A stretch of 64,000 bases of DNA from Sulfurospirillaceae bacterium (GTDB lineage: Bacteria; Campylobacterota; Campylobacteria; Campylobacterales; Sulfurospirillaceae): positions 32,001 through 96,000 of the forward strand of contig JAWVXD010000002.1 of assembly GCA_033723415.1 (NCBI GenBank), in the 5' to 3' direction. Below the pieces are notes generated by a model. That model was not told the origin of the DNA. It made no database searches and saw only the letters and a list, made by a program, of their open reading frames with translations. Shown here piece after piece: positions 30,550 through 39,401 of this stretch (position 1 is the stretch's first letter; every line of letters begins with the position of its first letter). A program made the position numbers and the translations under genes.

Positions 30550-31569
30550 ATGAAAAAAATAATTATACAGCCATCGGGCAAATCGATTGATTGCCCGGAT
30601 GGAGAATCAGTACTTTCCGTATTGGAAAAACAAGGTTACGCACTACCTAATAACTGTAGAGCTGGTGCTTGCGGAGAGTGTAAAATAAAAGTTTTAAGTG
30701 GTACCTTTGACCAAGGTTTTGTTATGGATATGGCTCTGTCACAAGCTGATAGAGCTGCCGGTTTCGGCTTGATGTGCATGGCAAAACCAACTTCTGAAGT
30801 TTTAGAAATAGAATTTGGAACAGAAGATGCCAAGCCAAAACTATTTCCACCTGTTGAAAATTCTTGGCATATCGTCACAGACAAGATACAAAGAACAGAT
30901 AAGATACTGGAATTAAAACTTGCTCCTTTAGGTCAATCAATCAAATTTTGGCCAGGTCAATATGCGATGATAGGAGACGGAACAGCTGAACATCCATTGC
31001 GACCATACTCAATCGCAAATGCTCCAAAACAAAATGGAGAATTGAGCTTTTTTATCACAAAAGAAGAAGGCGGCAAAACAAGTCCTTGGATACATGATGA
31101 AGTAAATATTGGAGACAATATCAAAGTCAACGCTCCTTATGGAACATTTCTGGGAGATCCAAGCGTGAATACACCAATACTTTGTCTGGCTTCGGGAAGT
31201 GGTTTAGCACCCATACTTTCTTTGTTAAATGCATATCTAAGCAGAGGACACAAAAATCCTGTAACTCTTTTGTTTTCAGCCAAAACGAAAAAGGACCTCT
31301 TGCATTTTGGTAAGATAAAATATTTAGAGTCAAAATATGTCAACTTCAAATACAAATATACACTTACACAAGAAAGCAACAAAGAGGGAGGACTGGAAGG
31401 CAGGATAAGTACAGTTTTACCTAATCTTATACCAAATCTAGCAAACTATTCTATCTATATCGCCGGTGGAGTTTCCTTTGTGGAATCTTGTAAAAAGACT
31501 GTAGAAGCCCTTGGAGCAGAAGAAAATCTGATCCATATGGAAGAGTACTTTGCACAACAAGTGCAGTAG
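30550..31569 (+). CDS. [2Fe-2S] ferredoxin-FAD/NAD reductase (oxygenase reductase, ferredoxin N-terminal)
   Basis: 'CRAGACGEC...LMC', 'RPYSIA', 'GGKTS', 'ASGSGLAP', C-terminal 'EEYF'. Confidence 0.9.
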   Translation: MKKIIIQPSGKSIDCPDGESVLSVLEKQGYALPNNCRAGACGECKIKVLSGTFDQGFVMDMALSQADRAAGFGLMCMAKPTSEVLEIEFGTEDAKPKLFPPVENSWHIVTDKIQRTDKILELKLAPLGQSIKFWPGQYAMIGDGTAEHPLRPYSIANAPKQNGELSFFITKEEGGKTSPWIHDEVNIGDNIKVNAPYGTFLGDPSVNTPILCLASGSGLAPILSLLNAYLSRGHKNPVTLLFSAKTKKDLLHFGKIKYLESKYVNFKYKYTLTQESNKEGGLEGRISTVLPNLIPNLANYSIYIAGGVSFVESCKKTVEALGAEENLIHMEEYFAQQVQ

Positions 31570-31573
31570 CGGA

Positions 31574-32512
31574 TTACTTTAATCCGCCAAATCTGTTAAA
31601 ATAGAACTTATCTAACTTTGGATTGTTACCTCCGACTGTCAGCAAATTCTCTTTTATATATTCATTTGCCTGGTTATGAATAGCAGCGTAAACAGAATCA
31701 ACCAAAGATGCGGCAGCTTTCCCAAGCCAATCTATCGAAACCAGTTCATTTCCTAGTTTAGGATCATATAAAAGTGCCCTTCTGTACTCATGGATCAACA
31801 ATATTCTCAACATAAAACACTGCTTCGTAGTAAATTCATCAATCGGTGTTTTAAGTGCAAATATTTTTCTAAATTTCGTGATAAAACTCTGATATCTCTC
31901 TTCAACGTCTTTTAAATCCCAAAAGATATTTGCCATATCTTTCAAAATCTCCTTATTCATAGGCATATCCGCAGTTCCGTTTATAAGTAAAACATCATTT
32001 TGCAATTCATACTTGATCAAGATATCCTGCATATACTCCATCTTATAATTCGGGTGAAGATAAGTAAATTTTGATTGTGATGCAAAACCCTCTTTTTTCA
32101 GGATCTTTGAAAGCTCCAATTCTTTATCCGGCTTAAGAGCATTTGTAAATAGTACGATCCAATTATTTTCATCATCTTGTTCATCATATGCATAAACACT
32201 GTAATGAGCTTTAACAAACCTATCTATCGCGTAATTGCTAAGTGAATAGTAGCTCTCTCTACCAAATTTCTTAGAACTCAGCCAACCCTCTTTTGTAAGT
32301 CTAAATATAGATGTTCTTGTCAGTTTTTCACTGATATCAAACTCTTCCATAAACTTTACCAAAGAACCTAGCCATATAGTGCCCCCATAAGGGAAAACAG
32401 TATCACCGAAAAATGTGATTATCAAAGACTTTGCTTTTGGAGATATCTCTGCCAATAATGATTCTAGATATTCATCAACTTCATTTGAAGGATTATGGTT
32501 TTTCAATTTCAT
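31574..32512 (-). CDS. paaX: Phenylacetate degradation repressor PaaX
   Basis: 'AKSLIITFFGD..GGTIWLGSLV', 'RTSIFRLTKEGWL', 'LLIHEYRRALLYDP'. Confidence 0.92.
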   Translation of the reverse strand: MKLKNHNPSNEVDEYLESLLAEISPKAKSLIITFFGDTVFPYGGTIWLGSLVKFMEEFDISEKLTRTSIFRLTKEGWLSSKKFGRESYYSLSNYAIDRFVKAHYSVYAYDEQDDENNWIVLFTNALKPDKELELSKILKKEGFASQSKFTYLHPNYKMEYMQDILIKYELQNDVLLINGTADMPMNKEILKDMANIFWDLKDVEERYQSFITKFRKIFALKTPIDEFTTKQCFMLRILLIHEYRRALLYDPKLGNELVSIDWLGKAAASLVDSVYAAIHNQANEYIKENLLTVGGNNPKLDKFYFNRFGGLK

Positions 32513-32583
32513 TCCTAATTTTGTTTATTAAAATAATATTTTATCAAAGTTTTCAAAAAAGCATCATAAATAAGGCAACCTTG

Positions 32584-33186
32584 CTATTGAAAATAGGTTT
32601 GATCGAAATTTTTTGCATCACTTTTTTGAATATACTCAGAAACATCCAGACCACAAATATTTTCTATGATCTTGCCTTCCTTTGCATCCCACAGCAAACC
32701 TCTGGTAATAAACTCCAAAGTAGGTTCACTGTATCTTCTTGTACAATCTAGGAACTCTAATATATCGGTATGTATCGTATCTAGTTTTGTCACAAGATAA
32801 AAATCACCTAATGAAAAAATATTATGATGATGCAAGCAATACTCAAAACTATCCATGCCCTCATAGATCAAGGCCGTATCCCAGAAATACAACGCATCTT
32901 TGTAAATTTTGATTTGCAAAAAACCGTGTATCAGGATATGCCCATCAAGCTTATCGATCTCTCTTGCAAGATATAATATATCACCAATATTTAATTTTTT
33001 TTCTATTGCATACCCTCTTGTTGAATTATTGTAAGAAAATCCAAGTTCCACTAAACGGTTAGAATCAAAAACATAAGAGTTATCGGCAGGAGAAGTGTTA
33101 TTTTGTGCATTTATAACATTAGAGACAAAACTTGACACATCCACATCTTGTGTTTTCACATCAAGTTTTACCTCTAAATAATTCAT
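32584..33186 (-). CDS. Hypothetical protein between paaK and paaX
   Basis: 200-aa ORF starting 3 bp after the paaK stop; no family recognised. Confidence 0.65.
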   Translation of the reverse strand: MNYLEVKLDVKTQDVDVSSFVSNVINAQNNTSPADNSYVFDSNRLVELGFSYNNSTRGYAIEKKLNIGDILYLAREIDKLDGHILIHGFLQIKIYKDALYFWDTALIYEGMDSFEYCLHHHNIFSLGDFYLVTKLDTIHTDILEFLDCTRRYSEPTLEFITRGLLWDAKEGKIIENICGLDVSEYIQKSDAKNFDQTYFQ

Positions 33187-33189
33187 TTT

Positions 33190-34491
33190 TTATTTTTTCC
33201 TTTTGTCTACTACTCTTTGGGCTTTACCTTGACTTCTAGGAACTCCTCCTATAGGTTTTACATTTATCTTGACTGATATTCCGATACCTGATTTTATTTT
33301 GTGTATCAATGTTTTTGTAGCACTTTTTATATCTGCATCGCTTACATTTGCATTCGGCTCAATATCAATAGATAGATCATCCATATTACGTTCTCTGGTT
33401 ATTACCAATTGATAACATGGAGAAAATGCATTTATTTTTAGTAATATCTCTTCAATTTGAGAAGGAAATACGTTTACCCCGCGGATTATCATCATATCAT
33501 CCGTTCTTCCGGTGATTCGTTTCATCTTTCTCATATTTAACAAATCTCCATCATAAAGAGTGGATAGATCTTTTGTTCTATACCTGATTATAGGCAGTGC
33601 CTCTCTTGTCAAAGTTGTAAATACAAGCTCACCCTCTTCACCGTCAGGAAGTGGCTCAAAAGTATCTCTATCTACGATCTCCGGATAGAAACTATCTTCC
33701 CATACATAAAGATCTCCCCTATCTTCAAAAGATTCACAAGCCACGCCTGGTCCCATCATCTCAGAAAGACCATATATATCAATAGCAGCAATACCTACTT
33801 TTTCTTCAATCTTGTTTTTCATCTCGATCGACCAAGGTTCTGCTCCAAATATACCTATTTCAAGAGCAGTTTTTTTAGGATCTATCCCTCTGTTTTCCAT
33901 CTCTTCTATGATATTTAACATATATGAAGGAGTTACCATAATAATATTTGAGTTAAAATCGTTTAATAAAGTGACTTGCTTATCCGTAAAACCTCCTGAT
34001 GCAGGAACAACGGTACATCCAAGTCTTTCTGCCCCGTAATGAGCTCCTAGACCGCCTGTAAAAAGTCCATACCCATAAGAGACGTGAAGAATATCTCCTT
34101 TATGTCCGCCTGCCAATCTGATAGATCTGGCAACCAGATCCGACCAGGTATTTATATCATTTTGCGTATATCCTACAACTGTTGGTTTACCTGTCGTTCC
34201 ACTTGATGCATGAAGCCTCACGATATCGCTCATAGGTGTAGCAAAGAGTCCGAATGGATAATTCAATCTCAAGTCTTCTTTTGTAGTAAACGGAAATTTT
34301 TTAATATCTTCCAAAAAAGTAAAATCATCAGGATGTACTCCGTGTTCATCCCATTTTTTCTTGTAGTAAGGGACAAACGAATATGCTCTTAACAATGTAT
34401 TTTTCATCCTTCTGGTTTGAAGTGCTACCAGCTCATCTCTTGAAATAAGCTCTTGTGGTTCGTAGTTTACTATTCTTTTACTTTTTTCCAT
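33190..34491 (-). CDS. paaK: Phenylacetate-CoA ligase
   Basis: 'HASSGTTGKPTVVGYT', 'YGYGLFTGGLGAHYGAE', 'DIYGLSE', 'GRTDDMMIIRGVNVFPSQIE'. Confidence 0.95.
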   Translation of the reverse strand: MEKSKRIVNYEPQELISRDELVALQTRRMKNTLLRAYSFVPYYKKKWDEHGVHPDDFTFLEDIKKFPFTTKEDLRLNYPFGLFATPMSDIVRLHASSGTTGKPTVVGYTQNDINTWSDLVARSIRLAGGHKGDILHVSYGYGLFTGGLGAHYGAERLGCTVVPASGGFTDKQVTLLNDFNSNIIMVTPSYMLNIIEEMENRGIDPKKTALEIGIFGAEPWSIEMKNKIEEKVGIAAIDIYGLSEMMGPGVACESFEDRGDLYVWEDSFYPEIVDRDTFEPLPDGEEGELVFTTLTREALPIIRYRTKDLSTLYDGDLLNMRKMKRITGRTDDMMIIRGVNVFPSQIEEILLKINAFSPCYQLVITRERNMDDLSIDIEPNANVSDADIKSATKTLIHKIKSGIGISVKINVKPIGGVPRSQGKAQRVVDKRKK

Positions 34492-34494
34492 TTT

Positions 34495-35718
34495 CTACTC
34501 CTTACTTGTATTTAAATTTTCTATGATCATCGAGATGCCCTGCCCCACACCTATACACATAGAACACAGTCCATATCTGCCATTTGTCTCTTCCAATTGG
34601 TTAAGTGCAGTCATGACAAGTCTTGCCCCGCTCATACCAAGAGGATGTCCGATCGAAATCGCTCCACCGTTTGGATTGACTTTTGCTTCATCATCCTTTA
34701 ATCCCAATCCTCTAATCGTTGCTAAAGACTGTGATGCAAAGGCTTCATTGAGTTCAAAAACATCCATATCATCTAAACTCATACCGCTCTTTTTCAAAAT
34801 CTTTTGTGTTGAATACAACGGACCCATACCCATGATCCTAGGTGGTACACCTGCAACCGCACCCATTATGATCTTTGCTCTTGGTTTTAAATTATATCTT
34901 TTTACAGCATCACTTGATGCTATGATGAAAGCTGCCGCACCGTCATTTACTCCAGATGCATTACCTGCAGTAACACTTCCGTTCTCTTTAGCAAACGGTG
35001 CCCTTAGAGTTCCTAAAACCTCTAACGTAGTGTTCGGTTTTGGAAATTCATCGCTTTCGACTATCAGATCTTCTTGTTTTTTTCTTTTTACTAAAACAGG
35101 GACTATCTCTTTTTTGAAAAAACCTCTCTCGGTAGCGGCTTTACATTTCATCTGCGAATTGTAAGCAAATTTATCCTGATCTTCTCTTGTGATACCAAAT
35201 TCTTTTGCTACATTTTCAGCAGTTTCAGGCATAGATTCTGAACCATACTGTTCTTGAAGTTTAGGATTTATAAATCTCCAGCCTATAGTTGTATCATATA
35301 CAGCATTTGCTCTAGTAAATGCGCTCTCTGCTTTTGGCATGACAAAAGGTGCTCTTGACATAGACTCTATCCCGCCTGCTATGATGAGATCACACTCTCC
35401 TGTTTTAATGCTTCTTGCAGCCATAGAGATAGCATCCATCCCGGAACCGCACAATCGATTTATCGTTGTACCGCCACTTTGATGGGGAAGTCCTGCCAAA
35501 AGTGATGCCATCCTAGCAACATTTCTATTGTCTTCTCCTGCTTGGTTTGCACAACCCATAATCACATCGTCAACTTCTTCAAAATTTATCGTAGGATTAT
35601 TTTCCATCAGATATTTGATAGTAATAGCACCTAAGTCATCAGGTCTTATAGAAGATAAAACACCGCCGTATGCACCGACTGGAGTACGTATATAGTCAAT
35701 AATATATGCTTCATTCAT
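34495..35718 (-). CDS. paaJ: 3-oxoadipyl-CoA / 3-oxo-5,6-dehydrosuberyl-CoA thiolase
   Basis: 'GCANQAGEDNRNVARM', 'NRLCGSG', 'YDTTIGWRF', 'GHPLGMSG', 'CIGVGQG'. Confidence 0.93.
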   Translation of the reverse strand: MNEAYIIDYIRTPVGAYGGVLSSIRPDDLGAITIKYLMENNPTINFEEVDDVIMGCANQAGEDNRNVARMASLLAGLPHQSGGTTINRLCGSGMDAISMAARSIKTGECDLIIAGGIESMSRAPFVMPKAESAFTRANAVYDTTIGWRFINPKLQEQYGSESMPETAENVAKEFGITREDQDKFAYNSQMKCKAATERGFFKKEIVPVLVKRKKQEDLIVESDEFPKPNTTLEVLGTLRAPFAKENGSVTAGNASGVNDGAAAFIIASSDAVKRYNLKPRAKIIMGAVAGVPPRIMGMGPLYSTQKILKKSGMSLDDMDVFELNEAFASQSLATIRGLGLKDDEAKVNPNGGAISIGHPLGMSGARLVMTALNQLEETNGRYGLCSMCIGVGQGISMIIENLNTSKE

Positions 35719-36161
35719 TTGATATCCTTTAATTGTTCCGCGCTAAGAATTGAGCCTGAAACTGCGCGAGATTTACCTACAAACATGGCTATTGTCTCAT
35801 CATTTTGATTTGTCACTTTGATGTCGTAGATACCGTTTCTGCCCTCCAGATGTTTTTCAACTCCAACGGCAGTCAATACATCCCCCTCAAAGGCAGGTTT
35901 TACAAATGTAATATCACAGGCAAACGCAACGGTCGGTACATTTCTGCCATTACAAGCATAAGCAAATGCCGCGTCGGCAAAAGAAAATATAGCACCGCCT
36001 TGACAAGTCCTGTGTCCGTTTAACATAAATTCCTGAACAGGCATAACAAGCTTTGCATATCCGACATCTACATCAACGATCTTTGCGCCTAGATGATTTT
36101 CGAACATCGCCTTTTCATTCAGAACTTTTACACACGTTTTAGCTAATTCTTTTTCATTCAT
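35715..36161 (-). CDS. paaI: Hydroxyphenylacetyl-CoA thioesterase
   Basis: Hotdog fold 'MLNGHRTCQGGAIFSFADAAFAYACN'; position in operon. Confidence 0.9.
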   Translation of the reverse strand: MNEKELAKTCVKVLNEKAMFENHLGAKIVDVDVGYAKLVMPVQEFMLNGHRTCQGGAIFSFADAAFAYACNGRNVPTVAFACDITFVKPAFEGDVLTAVGVEKHLEGRNGIYDIKVTNQNDETIAMFVGKSRAVSGSILSAEQLKDIK

Positions 36162-37674
36162 AATATTTACTTCCTATTAAATTTTTTTCGATCAAACCTC
36201 TATCAACTCTGTATCTCGAATCTTTATAAAAAGCTTCTAATCTATCTAAGGCAGTAACTATAAAATCAACACCTAATTTATCTGCCCATTTAAACGGTCC
36301 TATAGGGTAATTTACACCGTTTTCCATAGCGACATCGGCACTTGGAATATCACATACTCCGTTTGTTACGGCAGAAGAAGCTTCATTTACAAGCATACAA
36401 ACCGTTCTCATCATGACAAGAGCCGGAGAATCTTTCACAATCAATGTTTTTTTGCCTATTTTTGCAAATAATGCTGCTACTTCGGAAGATACATTTTCAT
36501 CTGCCAATAAAGAAGAAGCAATCGTCAAGTATTGGGTATCCTCATAATTTATATTGATATCAAATTGTACGATATTATTAAATTTAGTTTCTTTTGAAAT
36601 TTCACTAGCCATTTTTCCATTTGTCAAATACAATCTTGTTTGATTGAATTCTATAAAGCCATCGCCTTGCGTTTTGGTGATCTTGATACCTGCATCCTCA
36701 AACATTGAAACCAAAGTGTTCGCAATCCCTAGATCTCCACATATTGAGATCTCATCGATCTTGATATTTGATGGGAGAACCAAAGATATCTCATCTCTGC
36801 CATTTTGCTTGCCTTGGGTATAGGTATAAAAACCCGCTTCTGACTTGCGACCTAACAATCCTGCTTGTGAATATTCCTGTTGTGTGAGTGAAGGTTTAAA
36901 CCTAGGATCTTGATAGTATGAATTAAAAGTAGACTCCGTTACGGCATAATTTGTATCGTTTCCGATCAAGTCCATCAACTCAAACGGTCCCATTCTAAAC
37001 TTCCCTGAACTTCTCACGATCTCATCAATCGTGGCAAAATCAGATACACCTTCTTCGTAAACTCTTAGAGCTTCGGCATAAAATGGTCTTGCTATTCGAT
37101 TGACTATAAAACCTGGACTTGATTTGACATAGACAGCTTTTTTACCCCAAGAGAGAGCAAGAGCATAAACATCTTCAACGATCTTCCTGTCACTTTGTAA
37201 TCCAGAGATTACTTCCACAAGTTTCATAATGGGTGCCGGGTTAAAAAAATGAAGTCCTAATATATTTTGTGGTCTTTTCATCCCGTTTGCTAAAGCTGAA
37301 ATGGATATAGAAGAGGTATTTGATGCTATGACAACATCACTGCAGATTTCTTCTAAGCTCTTAAATAGATTTTGTTTTATCTCCAAATTTTCGATTATCG
37401 CTTCTATGATCAGATCACATCCTGCCAAATCGTTGATATCCATGGTAGGTTTGATCAGTGAAATCGTCTTATCTTTTTCTTCTTGAGATATTTTGCCTTT
37501 TTTGACAAGTTTGGCTAGCTCTTGTTCATTGATCTTCATAGCGTTATCTACTGCACCATCCCAATTGTCATATAAAACTACGGAGTGATTGCATCTAGCT
37601 ACGACTTGAGCGATGCCTCGTCCCATGATCCCTGCTCCGACGATGCCTATACGAGAATTTTTGTCTATTTTCAT
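36154..37674 (-). CDS. paaH: 3-hydroxyadipyl-CoA dehydrogenase
   Basis: 'GAGIMGRGIAQ', 'SNTSS', 'HFFNPAP', 'PGFIVNRIARPFYAEA'; 506-aa PaaH architecture. Confidence 0.93.
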   Translation of the reverse strand: MKIDKNSRIGIVGAGIMGRGIAQVVARCNHSVVLYDNWDGAVDNAMKINEQELAKLVKKGKISQEEKDKTISLIKPTMDINDLAGCDLIIEAIIENLEIKQNLFKSLEEICSDVVIASNTSSISISALANGMKRPQNILGLHFFNPAPIMKLVEVISGLQSDRKIVEDVYALALSWGKKAVYVKSSPGFIVNRIARPFYAEALRVYEEGVSDFATIDEIVRSSGKFRMGPFELMDLIGNDTNYAVTESTFNSYYQDPRFKPSLTQQEYSQAGLLGRKSEAGFYTYTQGKQNGRDEISLVLPSNIKIDEISICGDLGIANTLVSMFEDAGIKITKTQGDGFIEFNQTRLYLTNGKMASEISKETKFNNIVQFDININYEDTQYLTIASSLLADENVSSEVAALFAKIGKKTLIVKDSPALVMMRTVCMLVNEASSAVTNGVCDIPSADVAMENGVNYPIGPFKWADKLGVDFIVTALDRLEAFYKDSRYRVDRGLIEKNLIGSKYYE

Positions 37675-37675
37675 T

Positions 37676-38467
37676 TTAGTTTCCTTGAAAGTCGGGTGTG
37701 CGTTTTTCTAAAAATGCAGCAACCCCTTCTTTGTAATCATTGGAATATCCGGCAAGTCTTTGGAAATTTTTCTCTACCTCCAATTGTTCATCTAACGAAT
37801 TTCCCATAGATTCGTTTAATTCTTTTTTTATAAGAGATAATCCGTAAGTCGGAGCTTTTGACAGCTGAATTGCAAACTTTGATACTTCTTCGTCTATACT
37901 CTCTTTTGGATAAACTTTAGAGATCAGACCATATTCTAACGCTGTTGCTGCGCTTAATTTGTCACCTAACATACAAAGCTCTTTTGCTCGAGCCATACCT
38001 ATAAGGCGTGGCAAGAAATAACTTATTCCACTGTCAGGTACTAAACCTATCTTACAAAAAGCTTGTATAAATGATGCGCTGTCTACAGAGATGATAAAAT
38101 CGCATGCTAACGCGATGCCGACACCTGCCCCTGCTGCAACCCCGTTGATCTTGCAAATCACAGGGATTTCCAAATTATAGATAGATTTTATGAGTGGGTT
38201 GTATTTTTTTTCGATGGATTCACCAAGATCAAGTTTTTCATCTTTGCTATTGACAGATCTGTCATTGAGATCCTGTCCTGCGCAAAATGCTCTGCCTTCA
38301 CCCGTGATCACCAAAACTCTGATTGATTTATCATTTTTTATTTTAAATAATACATCTTTGAGTTCTTCATGCATGATCTCGTTTAGGGAATTAAAAACTT
38401 CCGGTCTATTTAACGTTAAAGTTGCGATGCTTTGTTCTATTTCAAATCTGATTGTAGTATATGACAT
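37676..38467 (-). CDS. paaG: 2-(1,2-epoxy-1,2-dihydrophenyl)acetyl-CoA isomerase
   Basis: 'FCAGQDL', 'NGVAAGAG', 'FIQAFCKIGLVPDSG' with the catalytic Asp. Confidence 0.9.
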   Translation of the reverse strand: MSYTTIRFEIEQSIATLTLNRPEVFNSLNEIMHEELKDVLFKIKNDKSIRVLVITGEGRAFCAGQDLNDRSVNSKDEKLDLGESIEKKYNPLIKSIYNLEIPVICKINGVAAGAGVGIALACDFIISVDSASFIQAFCKIGLVPDSGISYFLPRLIGMARAKELCMLGDKLSAATALEYGLISKVYPKESIDEEVSKFAIQLSKAPTYGLSLIKKELNESMGNSLDEQLEVEKNFQRLAGYSNDYKEGVAAFLEKRTPDFQGN

Positions 38468-39237
38468 TATTTTCCCTTAAAAATTGGTTTTCTTTTCTCT
38501 TTAAATGCTGCTATTCCTTCTTTTTTATCTTCAGTTGAGAGAAGACCTGAAAAAAGCATTTTTTCATATTTTAAAGACGCTCCTAATCCACTTTCATAGG
38601 ATTCCAAAACTGCACTTTTTATTGCACTTACCGCCAGTGTCGATTTTGATGCGATTACACTCGCGAGTTCAAGAGCTCTTTTCATAGTGTTTTGAGGATC
38701 CACTACTTCTGATACAAGATTCATATCTTGTGCCTTTTTCGCATCTATGAATGTACCGCTTAAAAGCATAAGCATAGCATTTGATTTACCTATAGTTCTA
38801 ACCGTTCTTTGAGTTCCTCCTGCTCCTGGCATAATCCCCAGATTCACCTCAGGTTGAGCAAACTGTGCATTTTCTCCTGCTATGATAATATCGCAATGCA
38901 TAGCCAACTCACAACCGCCTCCCAAACAAAAACCATTGACTGCCGCTATGATAGGTCGTTTATAATTTTTGATACTTTCCCAATAACCGGTTCTAACATC
39001 ATTTAATGATTCTAACGTTCCTTTTGCTTCTAATTCATTTATATCAGCACCTGCTGCGAAGACTTTTTCACCTCCTGTTAACACGACACAATTAATTTTA
39101 TCCATATACTCATAAAGCACCTGCGATATCTCTTTTAGTGTTTCAGTTCTTAGTGCATTGTAAACTTCATTTCTACTCAAGGTTATGACGAGTATATTAT
39201 CGTTTTCAACCGTTATTTTTATATCTTTAAAACTCAT
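38467..39237 (-). CDS. paaF: 2,3-dehydroadipyl-CoA hydratase
   Basis: Crotonase 'FAAGADI', 'GGGCELAMHCD', 'QPEVNLGIMPGAGGTQR'; first gene of paaFGHIJK. Confidence 0.9.
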   Translation of the reverse strand: MSFKDIKITVENDNILVITLSRNEVYNALRTETLKEISQVLYEYMDKINCVVLTGGEKVFAAGADINELEAKGTLESLNDVRTGYWESIKNYKRPIIAAVNGFCLGGGCELAMHCDIIIAGENAQFAQPEVNLGIMPGAGGTQRTVRTIGKSNAMLMLLSGTFIDAKKAQDMNLVSEVVDPQNTMKRALELASVIASKSTLAVSAIKSAVLESYESGLGASLKYEKMLFSGLLSTEDKKEGIAAFKEKRKPIFKGK

Positions 39238-39260
39238 TTCATCCCTTTATTTAAAAAACG

Positions 39261-39299
39261 TATTTCAACTTTCTTGCAAAAAGTTTAACAAATGTAATA
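39261..39299. promoter_or_regulatory. Candidate PaaX operator in the paaF/paaN divergent region
   Basis: TATTTC-N27-GTAATA. Confidence 0.6.
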
Positions 39300-39401
39300 T
39301 TTATAAAAGCTTAAAAAAAATGCGATTTTTAAGGAATTTAATATATTATTAATAAAATATATACTAATATTTCTATAAACATAATACACTAAAGGATTAA
39401 A

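Noticed and set aside
30550..31569. Calling the reductase paaE or the diiron gene paaA/boxB
   Set aside because: Reductase domain order is opposite to PaaE, and I see no PaaA or BoxB signature beyond generic ExxH motifs.
34523..35164. Long antisense ORFs such as 34523..35164, 12430..13008, 52377..52862 and 46469..46882
   Set aside because: They lie opposite well-supported genes and have no recognisable motifs; shadow ORFs.
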